Positions 37,081 through 48,220 of a stretch of 64,000 nucleotides of DNA are shown one piece after another. A program made the translations under genes and the position numbers. Every line of letters starts with the position of its first letter. Within the stretch, counting starts at the first letter, position 1. This DNA is from Mobula hypostoma (taxonomy: Eukaryota), in contig NC_086105.1 in assembly GCF_963921235.1 (NCBI RefSeq), positions 35,650,001 through 35,714,000 of the forward strand, in the 5' to 3' direction. Under the pieces are notes generated by a model, which was not told the origin of the DNA, ran no database searches, and was given only the letters and a program-made list of their open reading frames with translations.

Positions 37081-39965
37081 ATTAAGAGTAAGGACTAATT
37101 CTGCTAGACGGAGCAGAGTGGTGGTAGAGGGGAACTGATTAGGTCTGGAATCCAAAAAGAAGCGTAGAGCTTTGAGACCTTCCTGATGGGGGATGGAAGT
37201 ATATAGGGACTGGACATCCAAGGTGAAAATAAAGCGGTGGGGGCCAGGGATCTGCTGTTGTGACTCCCGTCTCCCCTTCCCCCACCACCACTCCGCAGCC
37301 CCGTCTTCCTCAGATCCCACCGTCAGCTCCTGGGCCCTCAGAGGCTCCATCTTCCTCTCACCCCAACCCTCCCCTCTCCATTGACACCCCCAGCCTCCCC
37401 CCTCCCCCCTCTGATCCCAGCTCTCATCCGTGCCGGGTCTTTACCATCCCCTCCGACCTTCAACTGTCGGAGGCAGAACGCTCTGTTCTCAGTAAGGGCC
37501 TCACGTTTGTCCCCCTTCGCCCACACCTCAGCGAGTTCCGTGTTCGCCATGATGCGGAACTTTTCTTCCGCCGTCTCCGTCTCCGAGCCTACTTCATCCC
37601 TCCTCTTCTTCATGGACACCCCGCTCTGGTCTTCTGCCTGCTCTGGATCTCTTTATTGCCAACTGCCGACGGGACATCAACCGTCTCGACTTCACCGCAC
37701 CTTGTCCCCATTCCAACCTCACTCCTTCGGAACGCTCTGCTCTCCACTCCCTCCGCACTAATCCTAACATTATTATTAAACCCGCTGATAAGGGGGGTGC
37801 TGTTGTAGTCTGGCGTACTGACCTCTACCTTGCCGAGGCACAGCGACAACTCGCGGATACCTCCTCTTATTTACCCCTCGATCGTGACCCCACTAAGGAG
37901 CACCAGGCCATTGTCTCCCACACTATCAACGACTTTATCCGCTCAGGGGATCTCCCATCCACTGCTACCAACCTTATAGTTCCCACACCCCGCACTTCCC
38001 GTTTCTACCTCCTACCCAAGATCCACAAACCTGCCTGTCCTGGCCGACCTATTGTCTCAGCTTGCTCCTGCCCCACCGAACTCGTTTCTGCATACCTCGA
38101 CACTGTTTTATCACCCCTTGTTCAATCCCTTCCGACCTATGTTCGTGACACTTCTCACGCTCTTAAACTTTTCGATGATTTTAAGTTCCCTGGCCCCCAC
38201 CGCTTTATTTTCACCTTGGATGTCCAGTCCCTATATACTTCCATCCCCCATCAGGAAGGTCTCAAAGCTCTACGCTTCTTTTTGGATTCCAGACCTAATC
38301 AGTTCCCCTCTACCACCACTCTGCTCCGTCTAGCAGAATTAGTCCTTACTCTTAATAATTTCTCCTTTTGCTCCTCCCATTTCCTCCAAACTAAAGGTGT
38401 AGCTATGGGCACCCGTATGGGTCCTAGCTATGCCTGCCTTTTTGTTGGGTTTGTGGAACAATCTATGTTCCGTGCCTATTCTGGTATCTGTCCCCCACTT
38501 TTCCTTCGCTACATCGACGACTGCATTGGCGCTGCTTCCTGCACGCATGCAGAACTCGTTGACTTTATTAACTTTGCCTCCAACTTTCACCCTGCCCTCA
38601 AGTTTACCTGGTCCATTTCTGACACCTCCCTCCCCTTTCTAGATCTTTCTGTCTCTGTCTCTGGAGACAGCTTATCCACTGATGTCTACTATAAGCCTAC
38701 TGACTCTCACAACTATCTGGACTATTCCTCTTCTCACCCTGTCTCTTGCAAAAACGCCATCCCCTTCTCGCAATTCCTCCGTCTCCGCCGCATCTGCTCT
38801 CAGGATGAGGCTTTTCATTCTAGGACGAGGGAAATGTCTTCATTTTTTAAAGAAAGGGGCTTCCCTTCCTCCACTATCAACTCTGCTCTTAAACGCATCT
38901 CCCCCATTTCACGTACATCTGCTCTCACTCCATCCTCCCACCACCCCACTAGGAATAGGGTTCCCCTGGTCCTCACCTACCACCCCACCAGCCTCCGGGT
39001 CCAACATATTATTCTCCGTAACTTCCGCCACCTCCAACGGGATCCCACCACTAAGCATATCTTTCCCTCCCCGCCTCTCTCTGCATTCCGCAGGGATCGC
39101 TCCCTACACAACTCCCTTGTCCATTCGTCCCCCCCCATCCCTCCCCACTGATCTCCCTGCTGGCACTTATCCGTGTAAGCGGAACAAGTGCTACACATGC
39201 CCTTACACTTCCTCCCTTACCACCATTCAGGGCCCCAAACAGTCCTTCCAGGTGAGGCATCACTTCACCTGTGAGTCGACTGGGGTGATATACTGCGTCC
39301 GGTGCTCCCGATGTGGCCTTTTATATATTGGCGAGACCCGACGCAGACTGGGAGACCGCTTTGCTGAACATCTACGCTCTGTCCGCCAGAGAAAGCAGGA
39401 TCTCCCAGTGGCCACACATTTTAATTCCACATCCCATTCCCATTCTGACATGTCTATCCACGGCCTCCTCTACTGTAAAGATGAAGCCACACTCAGGTTG
39501 GAGGAACAACACCTTATATTCCGTCTGGGTAGCCTCCAACCTGATGGCATGAACATTGACTTCTCTAACTTCCGCTAGGCCCCACCTCCCCCTCGTACCC
39601 CATCTGTTACTCTTTTTAATGCACACATTCTTTCTCTCACTCTCCTTTTTCTCCCTCTGTCCCTCTGAATATACCTCTTGCCCATCCTCTGGGTCACCCC
39701 CCCCGTCTTTCTTCCCGGACCTCCTGTCCCATGATCCTCTCGTATCCCCTTCTGCCTATCACCTGTCCGGCTCTCGGCTCCATCCCTCCCCCTCCTGTCT
39801 TCTCCTATCATTTTGCATCTCCCCCTCCCCCTCCAGCTTTCAAATCCCTTACTCACTCTTCCTTCAGTTAGTCCTGACGAAGGGTCTCGGCCTGAAACGT
39901 CGACTGCGCCTCTTCCTATAGATGCTGCCTGGCCTGCTGCGTTCACCAGCAACTTTGATGTATGT
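37081..39965 (+). mobile_element. Young Penelope-like retroelement: RT + GIY-YIG endonuclease, near-intact ORF about 37250-39578 with two apparent frameshifts; 5' inverted segment 37081-37250
   Basis: LSKGLTFVP, IKPADKGG, LPKIHK..PGRPIVS, DVQSLYTSIP, QTKGVAMGT, RYIDD and VIYCVRC..CGLLYIGETRRRLGDRFAEH motifs; 3' hammerhead motif. Confidence 0.93.
39870..39905 (+). ncRNA. Minimal type-I hammerhead ribozyme motif in the Penelope 3' terminal repeat
   Basis: AGTC-CTGACGA-AGGGTCTCGGCCT-GAAA-CGTC-GACT, identical to 1640-1675; lies about 290 nt after the GIY-YIG stop codon. Confidence 0.78.
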
Positions 39966-39967
39966 TT

Positions 39968-40525
39968 CCTGGAGTATTGTGTGCAGTTTTGGTCCCCTAA
40001 TCGAGGAAAGACATCTTTGCCATAGAGGGAGTACAAGAAGGTTCACCAGATTGATTCCTGGGATGGTGGGACTTTCATATGAAGAAAGACTGGATGAATT
40101 GGGCTTGTACTCGTTGGAATTTAGAAGATTGAGGGGGGGGATCTGATGGAAACGTATAAGATCCTAAAGGGGTTGGACAGGCTAGATGCAGGAAGATTGT
40201 TCCCGATGTTGGGGAAGTCCAGAACGAGGGGTCACAGTTTGAGGATAGAGGGGAAACCTTTTAGGGCCGAGATTAGGAAAAACTTCTTCACACAGAGAGT
40301 GGTGAATCTGTGGAATTCTCTGCCACAGGAAACTGTTGAGGCCAGTTCATTGGCTATATTTAAGAGGGAGTTAGATATGGCCCTTGTGGCTACGGGGGTC
40401 AGGGGGTATGGAGGGAAGGCTGGGGCGGGGTTCTGAGTTGGATGATCAGCCATGATCATAATAAATGGCGGTGCAGGCTCGAAGGGCCGAATGGCCTACT
40501 CCTGCACCTATTTTCTATGTTTCTA
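39968..40525 (+). mobile_element. Young CR1 3' fragment
   Basis: ORF 40146..40436, same subfamily as 5351-5807 and 61449-64000; TTTCTATG tail. Confidence 0.9.
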
Positions 40526-41120
40526 TTACCACTCGATCTTCTGAATTCTAAGGAATGCAGATCCCAACCATACAGCTTTCTTGATTGAAAAACCTTTTCA
40601 CCCCAGCAATTAGCCTGGCGAATCTCCTTTACAGTGCCTCCAGTCCACCCATATCCGCTTGTAGTTAAAGGGAGGGGGTGCAAACTCTAAACAGTATTCT
40701 AAGTATATCACCAATACACTGTAGAACTGTAACAGAACCCTCCGATTCTTACACTTAAATGATCAATGATGCAACACAAAATGATCTAAGGATTATGAGT
40801 GGAATAAAGAGATACAGAAAGCAAAAAAGTGAAAAAGCAGATATACAACACTGGCATCATCACAATCTACCATTAAAAACATTTATACTCCAAAGCATAA
40901 AAACATTGTCATATATGATCACTCAAAATTCTACAGTTCCTCTAATTCTGTACACTGGTCCAGGACTCCCACTCAGATCTGTTCCTTCTCCGCCTACCCC
41001 AACCCCTCCTTAGGAGATGGTCGGGATGAGGAGGCGTCGGCGGCAATGTCGAGGGAGGGGTGGAGGGATAGCGATCACGGCTGATCGTGGCTGTTGTGGG
41101 CCTCGGGCACCGCTCATTAC

Positions 41121-41229
41121 CTGATCCATTGGGGCCGATAATGCAGTTGAAGCGCATGAAGGGCCCAATCAACTGTCGCCCTTTCCACGATTTGAAGTTT
41201 TCGACTTCAATTAACTTCAAGGATCCCAT
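41121..41229 (-). CDS. SMC1B: SMC1B coding exon 1 (109 nt): [37 protein letters not shown]
   Basis: SMC N-terminal ENFKS motif and start of Walker A (GPNGSG); ATG at 41229; GT donor at 41120. The FKSW and CIIG residues match SMC1B rather than SMC1A (FKSY, AIIG). Confidence 0.95.
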
Positions 41230-41502
41230 TTTGGAGAACGTGACTGCTTTTACTTAATGTACAATGTCATCAGAGGGTGAAACACCTTTCCTCATCGACT
41301 GAACTACGTTCCTTTAAATGGCGTCACATCTCTAACGCCACAGACAATAAAGGCGGGAGCAGCAGGCAGCGCGAGAACTAGCGATGCTCGTGAGAGAATA
41401 TCGCGAGAATATCCAAGCGCTCTCGCCCCACCTCTGATCGCCTAGCAACAGTTTCAGTCGCGTACACGCGATGTAAACTTAGGCATGGGAAGAAAAAAAG
41501 AG
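41230..41502. promoter_or_regulatory. CpG-rich bidirectional promoter shared by SMC1B and RIBC2, with a probable RIBC2 5'UTR exon ending at 41502
   Basis: Local CpG enrichment in an otherwise CpG-poor window. Motifs: AAATGGCG (YY1-like, 41316-41323), GGCGGGA (E2F6-type, 41352-41358), TATCGCGAGA (BANP/CGCG element, 41399-41408), ATCGCCTAGCAAC (RFX X-box-like, 41437-41449). Donor GAG|GTAATT at 41502/41503 and acceptor TTTTTTGTTACTAG at 41620. Confidence 0.75.
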
Positions 41503-41663
41503 GTAATTGTGCATTGATCTGTCGTGGTGCAGCCAATAAATCATCTGTCACTGGTAAATTTGTTTATAAGAGATTGATTCCTTTTGAATTACATACATTT
41601 AAACCGTTTTTTGTTACTAGATTTGGGAGAATAAAGAAATCTTCCTTGAACTCTGAAATAAAA

Positions 41664-41780
41664 ATGCAAAAGCTGGATGGTCCAGTGGATCTGAAAGAGG
41701 CGGCTATAATTGCACGAAGAAGGGATGTGGAAGTTCAGAGGAAAAACAGAGTTTTTAATACCAGAGTCAGGACAATTGGG
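41664..41780 (+). CDS. RIBC2: RIBC2 first coding exon (117 nt): MQKLDGPVDLKEAAIIARRRDVEVQRKNRVFNTRVRTIG
   Basis: RIB43A N-terminal motif (RRR..E..RK.R.FN.R.RTIG); GT donor at 41781. RIBC2 rather than RIBC1 is assigned from head-to-head synteny with SMC1B. Confidence 0.88.
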
Positions 41781-42457
41781 GTATGTGTGGGAAATTACAC
41801 GTCTTTTCAATTATTATCATAGGGGATTATAAAGAGCAGTTAACATGAAATGCATTTTGTTACAAAAATTCTGAAAGCAAGAAAAATAAGTTGCAGAGGA
41901 TTATATGCCTGTCATAAAGACATTTTTGTCTTTTCAGCATCAGTTAATGTTTGAACTTTAAAAAATTGCTATCATTTCAAAATAATTAATGTATTGTCTG
42001 AAATTGGCACATCGTGAGTACAAAACTGTTTTCAACAACGTGCTGTAGGTACTATTTAACCAATGTGTAAATTTAAGAATGTTTTACAATTGCATAAAAT
42101 AATAATAATAAATACTTCATTGATTTCGTGGGAAATTCTTTTGTTACAGCAGCAACATTTAAAACACACTCAGTGTGCAGACTTAACTAATAATAAAGTA
42201 CAGAATAATATCAAGTGATTTGAAAGAAAGAACCAAGAAAAATGTAAAAAGTATATCATATTATGTAATGTTAAGTAGTTCTACCTTTTTAGTATGTATT
42301 AATAAGACAAAATGATTTTGACACTGCTCAGTTTTTGACATCACCAAATCATGATTGCATTACAAATAATATTATTTCAGATATACTGAATGGGTATATA
42401 CCATAGCAGTTTGAAAGAGATTTGTACAATTATTTGTAAATGTATGTTTTTTCCAAG

Positions 42458-42539
42458 ATTGATCAGCAGGCATTGGATGCTCAAGTCCAAGATAGGAAAC
42501 TTCGGGAAGAGACAGAGGCTAGTAAACATGTTGCCTACG
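42458..42539 (+). CDS. RIBC2: RIBC2 coding exon 2 (82 nt): IDQQALDAQVQDRKLREETEASKHVAY
   Basis: Translated by hand; RIB43A motif D..ALDAQV.DRK; AG/GTAAG boundaries, phase 0/1. Confidence 0.9.
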
Positions 42540-43159
42540 GTAAGTTTAAAAATAAATTCTGATTACAGTATAATAGTTCAAGATTCAATCCAAATGATTT
42601 AGATGCCTAAGATACTAGTTTTGTCATTTCCCAGCATTTTTCCATTTAAATGTTTGTAGTTGTCGGGCCATAATAAATAATTGATCCTTCTTTGGTTACA
42701 TTGTAAAACAGAAAACAACTTAGAAACTCAATTATTATAAGATATATGGTGTCAGATATACAGTATACACATTTGCAAAGCAGTACTTACATTTCCCTTA
42801 AAACTTTTATTAGAATCTGGCGGAATATTACACACCTTTTTCCATCTTTTGGGTATCTTTCAGTGTTTAGCAAACTCACTTTTCACTCAGTTCCATGTGG
42901 GTGCTGAGAAACATGGGTAAGGAAATCACTTTTCATTCCTGTCCAATTCAGAATTCATGTCTGGTGGAAAAGGAAGTACAGTCTGCTGGGAGTGGGTCCT
43001 TATTCAATTTGTGCACTGATAACATGCTTAATCCTCTCTTTCTGTTCTCACCATCAATACACACTTCCTCAATCCAACTGACATTTTATTCCAATAGTAC
43101 TAGATTTTCTGAGGAAAATTGAAGGCTAAAACTTTGAAAAGATTTGGCACTTGAAAATT

Positions 43160-43550
43160 TCCACAGATGGAAAATTCTAACTGGCTGTATCACCATCTGG
43201 TATTGGTGAGGAGGGCTACTTGCACAGGATACAGGATTGAAATAAGCTGCAGAGAGTTGTAAAATTAGTCAGCTCCATCATAAACACTACAGTCCATGGT
43301 ATCCAGGACATCTTCAAGGTGTGAGGTCTCAAAAAGACGGCATCCATCATACTGCCATCACCCAGGTCATACCTTGTTCTCATTGCTACCATCAGGAAGG
43401 AGGTACAGAGGATGAAGGCACATGCTCAACGATTCAGGAACAGCTTCTTCTCCTCTGCCATCTGATTTCTGAATAGACATTGAACCCATGAACACTAACT
43501 CACTACCATTTTTATTACTATTTTTGCACTACTTATTTAACTTAATTATT

Positions 43551-43585
<35 letters not shown>

Positions 43586-43680
43586 CAGCTTTTTCTTTAT
43601 TATTGTTATGCATTGTACTGCTGCTGCAAAGCCAACACATTTCACAACATATAACAATGATATTAAATCTGATTCTAGTT
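43160..43680 (+). mobile_element. Rex1-like 3' fragment containing a (TA)n microsatellite (about 43555-43581)
   Basis: FSLLPSGRRY...RFRNSF remnant; ATTAAATCTGATTCT tail. Confidence 0.65.
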
Positions 43681-44088
43681 CAGAAAACTGTATATAGAAC
43701 TAGAGTAGGGTTTCTCAACCGCGGGTCCATGGAACCCTAGGGTTCTAAGAGAGGTCATCAGGGGTTCCATGAGAGATCATGATTCAAAAAAATAAACCTC
43801 ATTTTTTGAATGTCACAGGATGCGCAATGTTAGCACTGACAGTGGTGGGCAGTGACCAAGCAGCCCCATTAACAATCTCGTCAGGGGTCTCTCAGCCCAA
43901 TATGGCAGTGCACAGTAGGACTGTGTTTATTTGGTTGAGTCCAGAGGGGAGGATGGTAGGCTGATGTGGAGTGTGAAGTGCGTTTTCTGAGCATTGAATG
44001 GATTCACCCAACTTGTGCTGTGACGTCAGCCTCTCCCTGTGTAAAATACACAAGGGTATTTTATTACTTTTCTTATATTTTGCTGCAG

Positions 44089-44433
44089 CGAAAGATTTGA
44101 TCCGACATGACCAAACAATGCGCCTTCTTGATGATCGATACAAACGTGATATGATTAACTTAAACAAGGCTATTTCTGAATTCCGTCTGGCCTATCAGAA
44201 GCCTGAAACACGCCGTGAGTTTGATCTGAATGACCCACAGGCTTTAAAAAAAGATGTCCCCGCTCGAATTTCAGACAATGATCCTCGTTGTACAGTGTCT
44301 AGCATACAGATGTTTACTGGTGAAGACTTAAATCAGCAAGAAAGGATTAGGCGTCAACAGGAACAAGTCCGGGAGTGGTCATTTGAACAGCAGCGAGAAC
44401 TAAAGAATGCTTTGGAAGAGCAGAAGCTTGCAG
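44089..44433 (+). CDS. RIBC2: RIBC2 coding exon 3 (345 nt): KDLIRHDQ...QKPETRREFDLNDPQALKKDVPARISDNDPRCTVSSIQMFTGEDL...EEQKLA
   Basis: Hallmark RIB43A motifs RREFDLNDP, PARISDNDPR and GEDL; AG/GT boundaries, phase 1/1. Confidence 0.95.
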
Positions 44434-45809
44434 GTTAGTAGAATTACAAATAAAAATTCAGCTGAGTGATATTAATAATTTTTGCATGTAACGATTATCA
44501 AAAGGTTTTCACAGATTTTCTATGATGGCATGTCTCTTTCATCTGTTCAGTTCTGCTTTGAAAGAGAACATATAGACCAGCTGTATTCCAGTATGCTGTA
44601 GTATTAACATATCGTTTTTATTTAATCATTTAGTTCTCTTTTTTGTTTAGACATTGTTGCTTCATTCCATATAATTATGGACCCCTATCGCATACTGTTT
44701 CTGTTGAAAGGTATGCAGGAGATGATTCTCAAATGATTGCAGGCACTGATGAACTCCTGGCTGTTCAAATCTACTTCCTGGTTTAGAAAGGATATTTGGA
44801 TAGGACTAAGTCTTGCTATAAAGTCATCTAAATAGAGCAAATTAATTTCCTTGGCCTACCAAGAGTTTTTTTTTTAAGATGTGTGGATTTTCATGGGTAC
44901 ATTGTATAGTATACCTAACTCAATGTATGGTAAGTATTTCCATGGATTCAACAGATTTAAAATGAATTCGAAGAAAGAATATATTGTTTGAAGACTAGGT
45001 GGATTACAGCCTCTGCTTTTCCACCAGGACCTGGTTTAATTCTGGTCCAGACCAATAGAGGCCTTTGTAAAGCCTCTTTCATCGATTCTTTGTTTGGGCT
45101 CATAATATTTTTCAATGATTTACATTTCATGGTGCAAGACACACTTTCAACTTTGCATAGAAAGGCAAGGAAATAACAGTTTACTGCAGAGATATCTGAA
45201 GGAGAGAAGCTTTGAAAGAACAGGGAAAAAAAAAGAGCATGTATTAATATAGCTCTCTCCAGATTACCTCAAGAAATACCAAGGGAGTTCATATATAATG
45301 AACTACTTTTCATTTTTAATAACTGTGATTCTAATTAAATGTGGCAAAAATATCCCACAGAAAACTGAAATGGGCAATAAGTATGCTTTTGTTTTAAATT
45401 ATAGGAGAATTGTTGGTTAGGATTCTTGATTATTTTCTGCACAGTTTAAAGAATCATCAATGAACTTTGCAGCATATTCTGTTCATTTAATCTATTTGAT
45501 TAGATATTATCACAAAGCTACAATGATTTCTTAGTGTGTATAGCCCTCAGATGAACCTTCCTACTTGTGTAAAACAAAGCAAAAATCATCCTGCATAAAT
45601 TGAACAAGGAGAAATGTATTTGATTTCATGTCTCATCAAAGAATGAAAATTAATAAGATAAACTGAACATAACTTGAACATTCCCTGTGTAGGAATTTAT
45701 GCAAGGTACATTTTCTAATTCAGACTGCAACCTTAAATAATGTCACCTTATATCACATTAGAAAAATGTAATTTCCATTCAATGCTATGCCGTCCTTAAA
45801 AACATTTAG

Positions 45810-47885
45810 CGGGATTTCCAGTGAGGCACGAGGCAAGATGGCAGCACAGCACTGAACCTGACATATAACCCTCCTTTTTCCAGTTCTCTAGGGCTCATAG
45901 ATGGTCTTACTACAAGACTGAGTTGGAGAAAGATCTAACTAAAGACATGACCTCAAAAAAAGATTGAAATTCAACCAGGAAACAAGATACCAGCAGATGA
46001 CACCAAGTTAGCGATTCATCCGAGGAAACAGCTAGGCTAATTAAGCAAACAATGGTGACGGAGGTGGAATCGCTGCGAGAAACGGTAGCCCACATGCTAA
46101 AGGAGTCGCTGGAAAAGGCTCTTGACCCCATACAGAAGCATATGGCAGAGAATGGCAACATTCTCCGGTCATTAAAGGAGCAAGCGGACATTCGTGCTAA
46201 AAAATTTAGCATGGTCTTCAACAAAATAGACAACATTCAGGTTTGCTTATCCAAGAATGAGAAAGTTACTAACTCCTGTCTCGCAGAGGTGACTGCGATA
46301 TGGAAGAAGCTAAACAACTTGGAGGACAGATCCAGGAGAAACAATGTGCGGCTGGTCAACTTACCGACAGGCGCTGAGAGCGATGATCCGAGAGGCTACC
46401 TCCAGGAGATGCTGCCTAATTGGATTCCAGCGCTCAAGAATTCCCACAGCACTCTATTGGAGATCGATAGAGCACATAGGATCTTTTCCAACAACACCTC
46501 AAGACGGCGGACCATGGTTTTCAGGCTTCTACCATACACCGACCGGCAGGCTATCCTGGAGTGCGCAAGGAAAGCCAAACCTACTCTCCCGGATAGCACC
46601 CAGCTACAGTTCTTCGCCGACTACAGCCCCGGCACGATGCAGGAACGGCAGGGGTACAAGGAGATCCGCGCTAAGCTTCGACAGAAGGGGATCGACTCGT
46701 TCCTCATACACCCGGCGATTTTGAGGGCATGAAGATGTCGTTTAACTCGGCAGAGGAAGCAAAGGAAGCTCTGAATTCATCGGTGCTGGGAGATATGGAA
46801 GAAGACCCTGGGCAAAGTCCACACACCCCTCGGGAGGAGATGGAATTGCATTAAGAGTTCGGACCGGCCTGTATGCGCAGTCTAACAGGCACGGGCAAGT
46901 TAACGTCCTAGGTGTGAAGTTTTCTGGTTATTCTTTTATTGGAAAGTCATTCGTTGCACTTTTGTATTTAGTTAATTAAGGGGCCAATTTGTCTCTGAGT
47001 ATTGCAGGTCAAAGTTTTAAGGTAATGGCTCAGTTAACTTGTTAGTACAAGGATAACATGGTAAGGTGATGTAAGTCTGCCTAGATTTATACTTCTTATT
47101 TTTTACTTCCTAAGGTGATATTCAATATACCCAGATGTCATACTTCATCAAGAATGAAGCTGAAAAACAGCAGTTTGTTCTGATTCTGAATAACTTTAGT
47201 TGTACATGTTCATTTCGGGTTATGTCTCCAGTAGACTTGTTTTCGTTCTTGGGCGCCAGATAAGACATGTATGACGCCATCGCTAAGGGACGGTTTATTA
47301 AAGCAACAGTTTCTCGCAAGAGAGCTAATGGGGTCTTGATTATGTGGTATATTATATTTGAGACGGAAATGGTTTTAATTATATAGGGTAATAGGTTTGT
47401 CCAGGTTTTTTTTTCTTGTCTCTTTGATATGATTGTCTATGAGAACTGCTTTGTCTTTCTAATTTGTTGGTGCTAGAGGGGGTGGTTATTGTTCAGTGTC
47501 TGACATTGCTAAGTGACACTCACAGATGTTACAAGGTAAAGGGTTGAATGGGAGGGCTGATGGGAGGTGGGGTGGGAAGAGGGTAACTCAGGGCTCCACC
47601 ACCAACTTACAATAACAGATTCAGGGGAAGATGAGCAACACAGATAAATTAGAAAATATTACTATTGTATAAAATAGGAATGCTTTGTCTGTGTATGCAC
47701 TACTATTCAGTTGGTTGGTGGAGGGGAGAGGGATGGGAGAGGGATGGGGGAGGGAGGGGTGGAGGGAGGGGTGGAGGGGGGATGGTGATGAAGGTTGGGG
47801 GGTGGTTGGGATAAACAGTCAAAATGTAATTGGCAACTGGTTGTATTGAATGTAATTTGTTGATGTTGCAATAAAAAATTAGTAA
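45810..47885 (+). mobile_element. ORF1-only L1-derived element (HAL1-like), about 2.1 kb, in RIBC2 intron 3
   Basis: L1 ORF1 (LEDRSRRNNVRLVNLP, EIDRAHR, FADYS, IHPAIL) from ATG 45947, with two in-frame TGA before the 46052..46732 open part; no ORF2 motifs recognised; AATAAA end; 13-bp TSD TAAAAACATTTAG at 45797-45809 and 47886-47898. Confidence 0.8.
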
Positions 47886-48101
47886 TAAAAACATTTAGTG
47901 AAATCTATTGAAAGTTAAGTGGTTTAATAGAGAGAAAAAATTTGAATACTTACTGCAATTCACAGTTTTCCTCTTCTCTTTGTCATCATATATTGCATTG
48001 TACTGCTGCCACAAAGTTAACAGATTTCATGATATGTGCTGGTGATATTAAACCTGATTCTGATCCTGATTTTTATTTAATTTATCTGGTTCTTTTTCCA
48101 G

Positions 48102-48220
48102 ATAAATTGTATGATAAGAATAGGATAGCTTTGGACCGAAGAGTTTGTGAATTGCAACAAATGGAAGAAGACACTAGGAGAGCTGTTACTGTAGCAACAA
48201 AGGATTTCAATAGGGCACAG
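48102..48220 (+). CDS. RIBC2: RIBC2 coding exon 4 (119 nt): DKLYDKNRIALDRRVCELQQMEEDTRRAVTVATKDFNRAQ
   Basis: RIB43A coiled-coil motif; polypyrimidine tract with AG acceptor, GT donor; phase 1/0. Confidence 0.92.

Noticed and set aside
860-41229. Assignment as SMC1A (with RIBC1 as partner)
   Set aside because: Diagnostic residues ([49 protein letters not shown]) fit SMC1B and the protein is too divergent for the highly conserved SMC1A.
46052-46732. Domesticated L1 ORF1 gene (L1TD1-like)
   Set aside because: Two in-frame stops upstream, an apparently disrupted C-terminus, and retained TSD and poly(A) signal indicate a decaying transposon copy.
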